From Hydrolagus colliei (Eukaryota), in assembly GCA_035084275.1 (NCBI GenBank), contig CM068752.1:13206001-13270000 (forward strand): a stretch of 64,000 nt of DNA, in the 5' to 3' direction. Below, in pieces: positions 1-15,000 of this stretch. Below the pieces are notes generated by a model. The model did no database searches and was not told where the DNA came from. It saw only the letters and a program-made list of their open reading frames with translations. Position 1 is the first letter of the stretch, and each line of letters opens with the position of its first letter. A program made the translations under genes and the position numbers.

Positions 1-90
1 AGTTGATGTTGTAACTTCCACCTCTCTCCACTAGAGCGAGCCCTGTCACTGGCTGTAGGTGCCCAGATAAAACCTTCTTGCAAACAAAGC
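1..90 (-). CDS. WD40 gene coding exon 12, truncated by window ([24 protein letters not shown]...)
   Basis: tttag acceptor at 91-93, L.GH..PVTGL start of a WD repeat. Confidence 0.85.
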
Positions 91-3000
91 CTAAATTCAA
101 CAGATAAAACAGACTGGAGGTAAGACACTGCATGTGAGCTACACACAGGGACCTCAGGGCCTAATATGCTACATTCACAAATGGTCAATTTTGAAGTGTA
201 ACCTGCCTCCCACCTCAAGAGTGCAGATAAATCCTAATTACTAATTAGCGCCAGCAACATTAAACAAGTCTCAGGGCATTTCATGTCAAGTGAAATGACT
301 TAATTCAACCCAAATTTAACCATTTCAACCACAAAATAGTCAATCAAGTTTACAGTATATCCTATGAAGCACTTCGCAATCTCTCAAAGATGTTATATGT
401 AATATAGTTATTACTATTATTATTATTATTCTCACTTGCTTCAACATCCTGTAATGTGCCTCCTTCGCAAGCAATTACAGGTAAGCCTCTATTTAGGATG
501 CTTCTATTTAGGATGTTTCGATTGAAGGAACATAATTTTTTTAACACCTTTTGATCAATATAGGACACTTGGATTCATTTTAATGAACACAATTTTTATT
601 TGCGCATTCGCAGTACATATTTTGAATATCGCGGTTGCACTTCGCACATCCTTTTTGTCCATACGCACAGTACATAGTGTATTCGTGGCTAAATCGCGCT
701 CTCACCTGATATCCAAGCGTTTGAACTGGCCAATAGCATGTTGTCACTTCATTGTTTAAAAGCAGCTGATTTTGAAGCGACACCAAGCCACGTCAGTATA
801 ACAGTAACTTCCGAACATTCCTGAGCAACTTTGAGCGATTTACAGCCTCTATTGCGATTCCAGCAAGTTTGTAGAAAATGAAATGAGCAGTGATAATACC
901 GCTTGTGGCCAGAGACCCCGCAAAGTCATCACCTCAAATACCAAATTGGAGGTGATAAAGCGCATCAATTCTGGTGAAAAAGGTACGGATGTCGGGAGGG
1001 CTTTAGGGCTAGATTGATGGTGGCTACGACAAAGCAGAATAAGGACAATATACTGGTAAGTTCAAGGTGTGTTACAGCTACAGGTGCAAGCAGATTAGCA
1101 AAACATAGGAGTGATGTGATGGAAAACATGGAAAGAATGCTGAATGTCTGGATTGAGGATCAGAACCAGCGTAATATACCACTCAACACCCTGGTTATCC
1201 AAGAGAAAGCAAAATAATTGTTTAAGGAGTTAAATGATCAGGAAGGAGAAGGCTCAACGGCACCATCTTTCAGTGCTGGCAGAGGGTGGTTTCAAATGTT
1301 TAAAAGATGCTGTGGGCTCCACAACATCAAGATGAGTGGGGAAGCTGCAAGTGCCACTGTCACTGTCACACTGCCAGGATTGCCAGTATTAAAGTACAAT
1401 ACTATACAGTTACCCCAAGTACCCCTTCTTGCCTTTGTGTGTTATGTTGTGTATTTTTGTGTGTTATTTAGTGGGTTTAAGGTCCGAAAAGTTTGTGAAA
1501 AGAATTTGGCATCTCTGGTTATATAATGGGGCCGCATGGGAAATCGTGTTTCTATTTAGGACATTTCGATCTAGATACAGTTTTTCAGGAACACAACCTC
1601 GTCCTAAATAGAGGTTTACCTGTATTTCTTTCCCTTTTAGAAAAATCTATTGCATTCTGCTCCAACACATTTTACAGGCTTTCTAATCAGCAGGAATCAA
1701 TTGCCTAAATTAACTTGTTGGATGCTTGCTTTACCTGAAACACGGTTTGTAGCAGAATCAGCATCGTTTTCATTGTCTTCAAGGTCAAAGAGATGGTCTT
1801 TGGGAGTTTGGTCCAAGAGAACTTCAAATCTCTGGAAAACACAGGAATAAAAACTTGTTGTGCCTTGTGACGGAGTAATTTGCAGCCTTTCAGGAGAATG
1901 TGCTGTTCTGGTTTTTACACGAGAAGTTTGGATGAAACGGAAATATTCACTCCATGCGATCTCATCCTTCCTAAATATCTAACCTACTGCCTTTCTATTA
2001 CAAGGTCAAGCTGTTTCTTACTATGGAGCATGTCTGTGGATCTGTGTCGTTTAACTTCCCATTTTGTAGTTTGTCTGAAATAAAAGTATGCAAATTCTAC
2101 TCTCTCCCAGGAAACCACATTAACTGGGACTCATGCGGACTCATGCGGGATATCAGGAGAGATTAGCGGTGGCTAATAGTTTGTAAAATAACAACCACTT
2201 GCATTTACACAGTGCTCTTCACACAGGATGGTGTCTTAGAGTGCTATCTTTGCTCCATTTTCCCCTCTTTATTTCTGAAGCTTAAAATATAGAGACATCA
2301 ACTACGTTTCATGAGCAGCAATGTATAACAGCAACAATAACTATGGAGTAGTGTCGTGAGTAAATATATTTTTTAGTAGATTTAAGGTCCAAAATTTAAT
2401 TTAGTCTGAGCAGGTTAGACTATTTTATCTTAAAAATTTAGTACTCAAAAGTATGGAGAATTCTCAAATTCAGTTCTAATAATTTTGAAGTAATTTCTTT
2501 TTAAAAACTGTGATGAACTGTCTCCAAAATAAGATGAAATTGAAGAGGTTTCCAAACTTCCAAGTGATTTTAAATTTTGAGATTAAATGGAATTGCAAGC
2601 TAAAATGAGGTTGAATCTTGGGTCTTCCGTGTATAAATGAACACAGAGAATCTGTTGAGAAACATTGGTGATTTCACCCAATATTGCAATTCAAGCCTCA
2701 TTTGTATCCTTTTATCCTATTGGATTGGACTCAGCCGTTCGCCTCCTTCCTTGTTTCTCTGTAGGTGATCTCACCCGTATCCTGTCTTGTTGCAGTTTGG
2801 CTTTTGAAGGCATCATCTTGAGAATGCTGGTGAGGGAGTCGTCAAATCCCCAGAGATAAATCTTCCCATCCTCAGCAGCCAGTATCAACAGATCCAACTC
2901 CTCCACAAAGATTGACCTGCGATGCAGACACACTGAGATCAGGCACTTGAATTTCTCACAATGTCAGCCGTATGAGAACTATCTTAATATTCCTGAAATT

Positions 3001-6000
3001 ATAGAGGATTCTTAAATTCAGTCGTAATTCAGAAGCCAGCTTCTTATTTCCAAATCAGCGCTCAATCTGTTTGAAGAATAGTGTGTATCAGCGACTTGGA
3101 ATGTCCTCCCAATGTGAAAGGTGTTCTATAAATGTAATTTTGTTGTTATTGTATATGCAGATTAACAGAGTTGGAAAGGATTGCAGAGATAGTGAGGAGG
3201 CTGATCTGGAAAGGTTTTGACGTTGATGACAAGGAGCTTAAAAATAATTTACTAGTCAAGGGAGCCAGTGAATCCTGGTGAGGACATGGAAATGGGTATA
3301 GAGATTCTAGTTAGAATTGTTAAATAAAATTTGGGACGTAGTCTTGACAGGAAATACACTAAACAAATGCAACTTGTTATTGTGTGAGCAGAGTACAGGG
3401 AGTTTTATCCTGACATAATAATAATAATAATCCTTGCGTTTGATATGGCACTTTTCACATCTTCTAGACGTCTCAAAGCGCTTCACAGAATATACTGTAA
3501 AGTGAATTGAATATACACTGTATATTTGTGGACGAAACGCAGCAGCCAATTGCGCATTACTTTATTAGTGATGAGAGCTGACACTTGTCATTACATTCCC
3601 CACTCTTACAACCATGGCAGGGAGACAGGCCTACCTGGTGAAACAAGGTCTTCTGGTTCGCTTGGGTGTCCTGCTTTCAGCTGATTTCTGGACTTTACTG
3701 AGCTTTGAGCCTCCAGTCCAGTACTTATTGTGGGTTTTATTGTATGTGGTTTTCCTCCACTGTGTTCTATTATTGTGCGATTCTTCTGCCTTTGTCTGCT
3801 CATCCAACAGGTTAAAGGCTTCATGACTGAGGAGAGAAAGCAGACAATGAGTGATGGTTTAAAAATATTTGAAGGAAGGAGGAAATGCCATAGCAGATCA
3901 AAGCTAGGCTCTGTTCAAGGCACTCTTGCCTTGCGTCAGTGGTTGACTTTTCAAAATCTGTGTTTGAGCTTCTAGTCTAGATTGAGACTCCCCTCTCCCC
4001 CACACTCTCCTTCAAGGAACATGGAAACAAGATTAGGCAATTCAGATCCTTGAACCTGAACCACCATCGAATTAGATCATGGCTCAATGCCTTTGCTCTG
4101 TATCGCTTCATACATAAATCTATCCAACTAATTCTTAAATTTTTTGATGGATTCAGCAACAACAACAACAACAACAACTTTGATTTACATAGCACCCTCC
4201 ATGCCCTCAGAAGGGTGGTGGTGGTGGGGGGGGGGGGGGGGGGGGGAGGGAGCTCCAGAATTCCACTTCACTTTGTATGAAAAAATGCCTCTTAATTCCA
4301 CTCCAAAATGCCTCAGCTCTAATTTTAAGATATGCTTCCTTGTTGTGGGTTCCCCTACTAGAGGAAATGGTTTTCTGTAGCTACCCAATCAAACCCTTCT
4401 ATTATTCTGTGGAGTCCTGTAGCTCACTGGTTAGAGCACTCACCTTAAGTGAGAGACCTGGGCAGGTCAAAACCTTAAGCAAATTTCCTCATGCCACATG
4501 CCTAATAATACTGTAATAATCCCTCCATCTCCAAGAAAACCCCCAATAATAAATTGTTCATTTCAATCCATTACTGTTCATGGGACACTGCTATGCACAA
4601 TTGGCTGCAGTGTTTCTCCCACATATATACAGTCAATTCACTTTACAGTATATTCCGTGAAGTGCTTTGAGATGTCTGGAAGACGTGAAAAGTGATATAT
4701 CAAATGCAAGGATTATTATTATTTTAACCTTAATCAGATCAACAACAGCAACTCTGATTTATATAGCGTCCTCCACGCCGCACAGTGTCTCTGCGCACTT
4801 TGATCATCCCTCAACCTTTCTAAACTCAAGGGAATACAGACCTTGTTTATGTTACCTGTCCTTATAATTTAATCCTTTAAGTTCTGATATCATACTGGTG
4901 AATCTACGCTCAGCACATTGGGACGTCCTCCCAATGTGAAAGGCGCTCTGTGAATGTAATTTTGTTGTTGCTGTACACCTCCTCCTGGGCCAATATATCC
5001 TTGCTGAGGTGCTGTGCCCTCAACTGAACGTAATTCTCCAGATGGGATCTGATGAAGTCTTTTTACAGCTGAAGCATCATTTCCTTTCCTTTATATTTCA
5101 GCAGCGTCAAGATAAAACTCCATTGGCCTTTTTGATACCTTTTTGTACCTGTGAACTAGTGATTTGTGTATATGAACGCATAAATTACTTTGCTCCTCCA
5201 CAATTCTTAGTTTCTCACAATTTAGAAAATATTCTATTTTTTTTTGATCCATAGCAGATGACCTCACACTTCTCCACATTAAACTCCCTCTGCCACAGTT
5301 TTGCCCACTCACTTAACCTGTCTAAATCCCTCTATAACCTTATGCTCAAATTTACACAATTTACTGTGTCTGCTAACTTTGTGTCATCTGCAAATTTGTA
5401 TATAACAACCAAAAATTACATTTGTATAGTACCTTTCACAATAATATAAAACTCTATTCCTTCAATCAAGTCATTTTATATATATGTGTATACTATATAT
5501 GATGAAAAGCCAGGGTCCCAATACAGACCCCTGGGGAACAACACTTATCACGTACCGCCAATCAGAAATCATTCTTTTGATCTCTGCCTCTGATTCATGC
5601 CTCCCAAACAATTATCAATCTACATCACAAGGTTACTTCCAATTCCATGCACTTTTGTTTTTGCAAATAAACTCTTGTGCAGAACCATCGGAAATTTCAT
5701 ATAGACAATATCCATAGACACTCTGTCATCCACCAAGTTAGTGACTTCCCCAAAACATCTGTCAGATATGACCTACCCATCATAAATCCATGCTGACTCT
5801 CTTTGATTAGCGCATGCTTGTCCAAACACTTGGCCACTCTATCCCTGATGAGAGATTCCAGTAACTTCCCCACAACTGAATTTGAAGATGACAGGACTAC
5901 AGTTACCTGATTTCTCCCTCCTTTCTTAAATAATGGAGTGACATTTGCAATTTCCTAATCCAAAGACACAATTCCTGAATATGGAGAGCTTTGAAAAATT

Positions 6001-9000
6001 ATGACTCACTCATCTGCAATTTCCTCCCTCCCAGCTATAATACCCAGGGTAGAATCCATCAGGTCCTGGTGATTTATCTATCTTTAGTCCCATTATTTTC
6101 TCCATTACCATTTGTTAAATTTAGATTAAATCCATTAAGTGCTTCTCTTTGGCTTATTTTTAGATTCCATTTTCCCGCTGGTGTTTTGTCGCCTTCCGCT
6201 ATTATGAAAACGGAAGCAAAGTATTCATTTAACAAGTCTACCATTTCCTTATTATCTATCAGTCTCACCTATTTTATTGGCCCCACATTCCCTTTTAGAA
6301 CTCTATTTCTTCTAATGTATTGATTAACAAAACGTTATTGTTGCCCTTGATATTTCCCCTCACAGTGTAGTCCTGCCAAAGCACTGCGTCACTGCATAGT
6401 TCAGATTGTCACTGTTGGATGAAATGTTAAACTGAGCTCTTCTTTGCCTGCTCAGGTGGATGTTAAAGACCCTATAACACCATTTGCAAAAAGGACGAAG
6501 TTTCCAACAGTCCTTCAGACAAATCGGTGTTCATTCATGCTAATATTATAGTCAATCGTTATCATCCAAATCATGCAGGTACCTAACTGTGTCTCAAACC
6601 AATTGTCCAGATCTCAATTTGGATGCTACAGTATTAGACATCTTTAGTTATAAACGTTACTAAAGTTAGAGCGTTGACTGACCTGTAGAGGAAGTAGGAA
6701 GATTGATGTCGTTCCCATTTCAGAATGGTCCCATCGCCGTGCCCACTGAACAGCAGGATTGGTACCTTCTGGGCTTCAGACAGAGTGAAAACAGTGTCAT
6801 TAACAAATCTCTCCTGAGCACAACTCCCCGATCTACCATGGGTTGAGTGGACTCTCCGACAATGAGCCACCCAAGCTTAGCTCTTGCAAAAAAAACATTC
6901 CTTAAGGAATCACATTAACAAATACCACAAAGTCGATACTCCAGTGCTTTCAGGTTTTAACTTGGCTCAGTTGGTAGCACTTTTGCTTCTGTTTCAGAAG
7001 GCTATGGGCTGAAGTCCCATTTGGGAACTTGAAATCACTATCTAGTCTTGGCTGACACCCCAGTCATGCTTGGAGACAGAACTATATTGTCAGAAATCCT
7101 GTTGTTAAAATGTTAATTTGTGATTCTGTCTGCCCATTAAGGTGAATATTAAAGATCTGCTGCCACTTTTTGTAAAGAGAAAGGAATTTCCCCACCCCCA
7201 TTGCCCTCAGATCTGGAATCCTCCAGATTCATCTTTCACTCTATGGATATTTGAAGGACCTTGCTGTTTTCAAAAGTCTACACATTCAGCATTTAGTGTG
7301 AAGTACTTTAACACATTCCGATTTTACAAATTCATTATCAAATGCAAGGATTATTATTGATAGTTTAGGTCCCTTCATTTCCTGCCTCATGATTAGCAGT
7401 CAGGCATCTCTGCCCCACACTCTGGAAGTCTATCCTCCAGTTCCTCCACCTTACCCACCTCTCTTGCTTCCTTCAATAAAATCAATCAATCAAAACTTAC
7501 ATTTATATAGCGCCTTTCACATCGAGAGGACGTCCCAAGGCGCTGTACAGTTAGATAGGGACAAGGGCAAGGGAGGAGGGGTCGGGGCAGGATGAAATAG
7601 AGTAGGAAAATTGACTGTTTATTTGTGGGTGAAACGCGGAAGCCAAATTGCACACAGCAATGTCCCACGAATAATCATGGAAGTGGGATTAAGGGAAATG
7701 GGGGGCAAAAGATGTCAAGGGGAGGGGTCAGGGCAGGGGGACGGAGAGCAGGAAAGCCAATTGTATACTTGTGGGCAAAACGCAGCAGCCAAATTACGCA
7801 CAGCAGTGTCCCACAAACAGTGGCAGAAATGGGGCCAGGGGAGAAAAGAGGGCAAGGGGGGAGAGGGAGGGAAAGGTAGTGTAGAGCAAGGTCAGGGAGG
7901 AAGAGGAAGGAGAAAGGGGGGGCAAAGGAGAGAGGGAGGGAAAGGTGGGTGGGGGGCAAAATCAGGGAGAAAGGGGGCAAGAGTGAAGAAGGAGAGAAGG
8001 GGAAAAGCGGGAAGAGAAAGTGGAGAAAGGGAGTGAGGGAAGAAGAAGAGGGGTGGGGGGGAAAGGCCAGAGAGCAAGGGGGTGGGAGGAGTGGGGAATC
8101 AAACAACAGCAATAAACAACAAAATCAACCCTTCATTTCTCATCTAAAGACCTTCCTTTTCGACCGGGCCTTCAGCTAGTCTCCACCACCGAGCTGAAGT
8201 CCTGACTTCCCTGTGGGATCCGGAGGTACCATGTGTCCTGACTTTGATCATATATAGTCTATTCTGATATTGTAGTGCAGTGCTGGGCGTTTGTACATTG
8301 TTGGAGGTGCCTTCCTTCAGCGAAGCTATTAAATTGGCTGCTTGTTCAGGAGGACGTTAGAGATCCCATGGCATTTTTTGGAAAGAGATGGAAAATTTGC
8401 CTCCTGGCCAACAATTCCCAAAATAAAATGCGATATTTAATTTATAGCTGTTTGCGGGACACTGGTGTGACCAAACTGGCTGCCGTGTTTGCCTACAAAA
8501 TACAAAGTTGCTCTACTTTACAGGATATCCTATGAAGGGCTTTGAGATATTCTTCCAATGTGAAAGGTGCTATATCAAATACAAGGATTACAAATTAAAT
8601 ATAATAGATGATTGTTATTGCATGTTTTTTACCACGAGATGGTGCCAGATTCCCTGAATCTGTGCAGCTGTTCATTACCAATGTCCTCTCTGCAGCCAAT
8701 TGCAAAACTAACACTTAGGAAGTGTTGATATTGTCCATATTGAGAAACTGGGGTTATGCAACAGTTTTAACACCCGTTTATGCAACAGTTTAAACTCAGA
8801 CTGCCCTGTTTGGTCAGGTGAGTGAGACAGGAAATTGTAACGCAATAACTATGGGCTTCAGTAACTCATAAATAACAGTCAGACTAGCAGAGAGAGAGGT
8901 GGGAGGGGTGCTGATGTTATTGATGTTGGTCCAGTTGGAAGCAACAACCAATTGCATTTATATAGCGCCCTACACGCGGGGTAGTGTCCGGGAGTGTTTG

Positions 9001-12000
9001 ATAACACTCCCACAGTCTGGTCTGACACTATAAAGTCTCTGGTCTGACAACACTCTAAGTGTCGTCTTGCTGCTGAGACATTAAAACCAGATTGCATGTT
9101 CAGATCAAAATTGATATCCCACAGCCCAATTCAAAGAGTCAAGTTTCTTCTGGCAAGCAACCCCTTAGATATATACAGTTTGGCTGCCATGTTTACTTCC
9201 CAAATACGTTTGGTCTTGTTTTGTAACCTTAAAAAATTGGTTACTCAATCCACAACTGGTATGCGCAATAGGCTATTGGGATTCGCCCACAAAAGTCAAT
9301 CCACTTTACAATAGATTCTGTAAAGCGCTTTGAGATGTCTCAACAACATGATAAAGCGCTATATCAAATGCAAGGATTATTATTTACTATTGGCCTAAAT
9401 TACCTAGTACAATAATAATCATTGCATTATCTTGTTGTCTGATAAAATCAGAATTTCCTTTTCTTAATAAACCCTCCATGAATCCATCTCTGCTCTCAAA
9501 CTACTGCCCCACCTCCAACCTCCCTTTCCTTTCCAAGATCGTGGGATGAGTCAATGCTTCCCAGCTTCGCTCCTTCCTCTCCCACCACTCCCTTCATGAA
9601 CCCTTCCAATCGGGTTTCCGTACCGCCCTCAGCATAGAAACAGCTTTGTTCAAAGTGATGAATGACATTTTTCCATCTGCGACCAGTTGCCTCCTCATCC
9701 TCCTTGACCTCTCTGCTGCCTTTGATACCGTAGACCACACTTTTCTGCTCAATTGCTTCCCCTCTCAATTCAACCTTCATGGTTCTTTCCTTGAATGGTT
9801 CAGATCCTATCTCTCACACTGTCTCCACTTCATTTCCACAAATAGCCTCTCCTCTAGCCACCACACTGTCTTGTGCGACGTTCCTCTGGGCTCTATCCTT
9901 GGTTGCCTCCTCTTCAATATCTATACGGTACCTCTTGGTGACATCATCTGCAGATATGGGGTCAACTTCCATGTACACGGATGACACACAACTCTATATT
10001 TCTGCCTCCACCCTCAACTCAAGGACCATTGCTGTCCTGATAGAATGTCTGTCAGACATGATGTACAATAAGTTTGTACAGTTGAACATCGATATGACCA
10101 AGGGCCTCCTGATTGGCTCCCATCAGAACCTCCACACCTCAGGCACTGACAATTGACAGCATCACCATATGAGGATGCACGCTCCATCTCACTGAGCCAA
10201 TCTGCGGCATCTTGTTTGACCCTCAACTATCTTGTTTGACCCTCAACTATCCTTTCTATCCCACATCCATGCTATGCCATCCCCGCACTCTGCAACATCG
10301 CTTGGCTCTACTACTGGCTCACATCAAAGACCCTCATACACACATTCATAATATCCAGGCTTGACTACCTTGCTTGTCGGCCTCCCCAACTCCTCCCTCC
10401 ATGGGCTGCACATCATCCAGAACTCTGTAGCATGTGTCCTCTCCCGCAACAGGCTCTGTGACTCTCTCGCCCCCATCCTCACCTGACTCCACTGGCTTCC
10501 CATCACACTGAGGATATAGTTCCAGATCCTGTTCCCCATCTTCAAAGCATTCCATGGCCTTGCTCCCTCTACCTCTGCAACTTCCTAACCCCATAACAAC
10601 CTGCCTGCTCCCTCCGCTCAGTGGGTTCCAGCCAGCTCCACATCCCCGTCTCACCCACTCCACCATTGGCGAGAGGTGGCCACTCTGCCCCCACCTTCTA
10701 GAACTCCATCCCGCAGTCCCTCTGCCTCCCCCCGTCCCTTGCCTCCTTCAACATCTCAAGGTTCTCCTCTTCGACCATGCCTTCGGTTATCCTCCTTCCC
10801 CACCTGCCCTTCCCCTCCCCAATCCTGATACCCAGCTCGGGTCCAAACCACTAATTGTCCAGCACCTTGGGACATCCTCCAGACATGAAAGGCATTGTAT
10901 AAATGTAATTTTGTTGTTGTTGAATTTAGGAGATTGTTAGCCAGGACACTGGGAGATAATAATAATCCTTGCAGTTTCTATAGCGCCATATCACATCTTT
11001 GAGACGCACTTCACAGAATATTCTGTAAAGTGTAGTGACTGTAGATAACGTGGGTAAAATGTGGCAGCCAATTGCGCACAGCAGTGTTCCACAAATAGTC
11101 GGGATTGAATGATAAAATTAGAATTATTAATTATGATTACCATGTTATGAAGCTCTGTCTTTTTTTTGATGGATTCACGCTTTTTGTTTTGTATAGTGCT
11201 ACAGGATTATTAATGTTCACCTTAACAGGTAGACTGGACCATGGTTTAACATCTCATCCAAATGACAACACAATACTCTGCTCCCCTGTAGTGGACTGAA
11301 GTGTCAGCCTAATCTTATGAACTCAAAATCCCAACGTGAAGCTTGAACCCACACTCAGAGGCAAGAGTAGTACAGATATAGCTAGCCTGTCAATGATGGA
11401 AATTGATCAGTAGTTGAGGATGTGAACTGGAATTAAGAGGATTTAAACAGGAAACAAAGCAAGACAAGGGTGGGGTCAATTAGGGACCTAGGAGGAAATC
11501 TCATTGTGGAGGCAGAGGGCATGGCTGATGTACTGAATGAGTACTTCGCCTCTGTCTTCACAAAAGAAAAGGATACAGCCAATCCCATGGTATTGGAGGA
11601 GACGGTAGGAGAAATGGATAGAATAATTATAACCAGAGAGGAAGTTCTAAAAAGGTTGACGTCGCTCAAGGTGGATAAGTCACCTGATCCGGATGGGATG
11701 CACCCTAGGTTACTAAGGGAGGCACGGGAGCAAATAGCAGGGACTCTGGCCACAATCTTTCAATCTTCCTTGGACACAGGGGTCGTGCCAGAGGACTGGA
11801 GGATAGCTAATGTTACTCCCTTGTATAAAAAGGGGCAGAAGGACAAGCCTGGTAACTACAGACCAGTCAGTCTAACGTCGGTAGTGGGCAAACTTCTAGA
11901 GTCCATAATCGGGGACAAGGTAGATCTTCACTTAGAAAGATATAGGCTAATAAAGGACAGTCAACATGGATTTGTTAAAGGCAAATCTTGCCTTACAAAT

Positions 12001-15000
12001 CTGATAGAATTTTTTGATGAGGTAACGGAATGGGTGGATAATGGTAGCGCAGTTGATGTAATTTACATGGACTTTCAAAAGGCATTTGACAAAGTGCCAC
12101 ATGAAAGACTTATTAGGAAATTAAAGGCCCATGGCGTAAAAGGGACAGTGGCAGCGTGGATCCACAACTGGCTGCGAGATAGAAAGCAGAGAGTTGTAGT
12201 GAGCGGATGTTTTTCAGACTGGAGGGAAGTGAGCAGTGGTGTGCCACAGGGATCAGTTTTGGGACCATTGCTGTTTGTAATCTACATCAATGATCTGGAC
12301 TTGGGTGTACGGAGTACAGTTTCCAAGTTTGCAGATGACACTAAGTTAGGGAGAATAGTAAATAGTGAGGAGAATAGTAGCCATCTGCAAGAGGATATAG
12401 ACAAATTGGTAAAGTGGGCAGACACATGGCAGATGAAGTTTAATGCAGAGAAGTGTGAGGTGATGCATTTTGGGAGAAGAAATGAAGGGAGGCAATATAG
12501 GCTAGATAGTACAATTTTAAATGGTGTAAAGGAACAGAGAGACCTGGGGATTTGTGTTAGTGACTCGTTGAAGGTGGCAGGACAGGTAGACAAGGCTGTT
12601 AAGAAGGCATATGGGATACTAGGCTTTATAAATAGCGGTATAGAGTACAAAAGTCAGGAAGTGCTGACTAACCTCTATAAGACTTTGGTGAGGCCTCAGC
12701 TGGAATACTGTGTTCAATTCTGGTCACCACATTACAGAAAGGATGTGAAGACATTGGAAAGGGTACAACGAAGATTTACTAGGATGGTGCCAGGATTGAG
12801 GGACTTCAGCTATGAGGAGAGGCTAGATAGGCTAGGGTTATTCTCTCTGGAGCAGAGAAGATTGAGGGGAGACTTAATAGAGGTTTATAAAATCATGAGG
12901 GGTTTCGACAGGGCAAATAGAGAAAAACTATTTCCACTCATGGGCGAATCTGTGACTCGTGGTCACAGATTTAAAATAGTTTCAAGGCGAAGTAGAGGGG
13001 AGCTGAGGAGAATTTTTTTCACTCAGCGAGTTGTTCGAATCTGGAATGCATTGCCTGAAAAGGTGGTGGAGGCTGATTCGATAACAACTTTTAAAAGGGA
13101 ATTAGATCTTTATTTAGGGAGAACAGATCTATTAGGCTATGGGGAGCGGGCAGGGCAGTGGGATTAAATCGCTCTTTTCAAAGAGCCGGCACAGACTAGA
13201 TGGGCCGAATGGCCTCCTTTTGATTCAGAAGTTCAACCTAAAGGTAAGAAACATGAAGAGAAACTAAAGTAATGAGGATCAAGAATCCTCTTAAAAACAG
13301 CTAAATTTAGCTTTAGAGAAAACAAATAAAGCATTAGAGGAAGTAAGAGCAATATGCAGACAGTAGCTAGCGAGACCCAATTTAGCCAAATTAACAATAA
13401 TAATAATAAACCTTGCATTAGATAAAGCATTTTATTCCCCTCCACCTCCTTGGGCAGTTACTCACTGTAACTCAGACACTCCACAGGCTGCCTGCATTGT
13501 AGCGCAGTGACACAGCCTTGCTTGTTGTACTTCCACACACTCACTGCTTTCTGCTGGATGGTAAATCCTACAGTCAAAACGTAACACAGTATTAAAATCT
13601 ACTCTTTGAAACATCCAACTATTTGCCTGCAAAATGCACAGTTGCTACACATCACAGTAATTGCGGTGAAGCACTTTGAGGCATCCTCCTGATGTGAGAG
13701 GTGCAAGAAAAGTATAATCCTACTTTTAGTGGTTAGGTGATGCCAAGTTTGGAGTTTAAACATGTATGGTATGTAAGAGGAGATAAAGGATACAACTTCA
13801 CAGTCTCAAGTTTTCACTGCAAACAGTGCGACTACATCCAATCTGAGAGACTGTCTCCATGTTATCAGCCCAAGAGCACCAGAGAGAAGACACACTTACA
13901 TGCGTTTTTTGCCTAATTCTAGGCACAAATTGGTGCCACTCCATACCTGAGCTCCCCTCCTCTCTGCCTTCTGTTTTTTTTCCTCATTTGTACAATTTTT
14001 CTGTCATAAAATAAGAACTTAAGAAAAGCTAGGCAAAAATTACCTTCCACCTTTCTGGCAGTCGAATGCACGTATGACTCAAACTATCTATATGCTATAT
14101 ATCATAATGTTATTTTCTGTCCCTTCAATTTTTTCTTTTTCCTCCCTCTTCAACTGTTGAAATTTGCTTTCCTTTCTCATCCTGGCAAATATTGTACCAT
14201 TGTCTGAATTCCCCACCCAAAAAACATCTCGATGTTTACGAGTTGTGCTGGTGCAAAGTGATGGCCACATTTGCCAAAATAACAACTTTTATATTAAATT
14301 CAACTTCATGGCTGTTTGTGAAACATGTTGTGAACAAATTGGCTGTCAAATTCACCTACAAAATACAGTTATTGCAGTTTACAGTATATCCTGTGAAATG
14401 CTTTGAAATGTTCTGCTGATGTGAAAGGCACTATACTAAAAGCGAGGATTATTTACTTTTTTTCAGATCATTATCCTCTTTTTAATTAAGTCATTAATTC
14501 TGACTCCCTTGTGATCTGCGTGGATATTCAGGACTATTTCAAAGAAATGCAGAGTTTTTCTCCCTGTTAATCTTGGTTCATGTTCCCCATCACATCTGAA
14601 TTTAAATCAATTGGCTGGGTATCTTATTGTTGTACGGGTGCATTCGCTGGGAAAGGTTAGCTGATTTACTTAATAACATTACCTCTATTTCTAATTAATC
14701 TAATTTTGTTGAAGTGCTTTAAGATATTTACTTCATGTGAAAGTAAGTGGATGAGGTTCTGCTAACAAATGAGGTATAAATTCCTCACAAGGAATTTGGA
14801 GGAGTGTTCAGTATGTGAGTGTAAGTGCAGCGTGTAAAGTGGTGTGTGTGCAGTGCAGTGTGTAAGGTGCTGTGTTTGCAGTTCAATGCTGTGAAGACCA
14901 CAGTAACATTCATTAAACACGCACTTGTATTTTTCCCTTTCATAAAGCAAGGTCTGGTATTTGCTTAGGCTGTTTTGCAGCTGCAGTGGAGGGGGTTTAG

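Larger units (their letters stand above)
4000..6350 (-). mobile_element. Old decayed CR1 LINE interrupted by a SINE and L2 tails
   Basis: Peptide remnants on the minus strand ([18 protein letters not shown] region near 5515-5535) and a CR1 3' tail near 4000-4100. Confidence 0.8.

Noticed and set aside
2022-2074. Extra WD40 exon (tttcag acceptor, gtaaga donor)
   Set aside because: It has a stop in the phase required after exon 2775; exons 2775 and 1831 already join in frame.
7611-8179. Overlapping 141-145 aa G/R- or P/L-rich ORFs
   Set aside because: Artefacts of a purine-rich low-complexity tract.
11433-12650. Minus-strand ORFs 11433-11753 and 12282-12650
   Set aside because: Antisense shadows of the CR1 RT frame.
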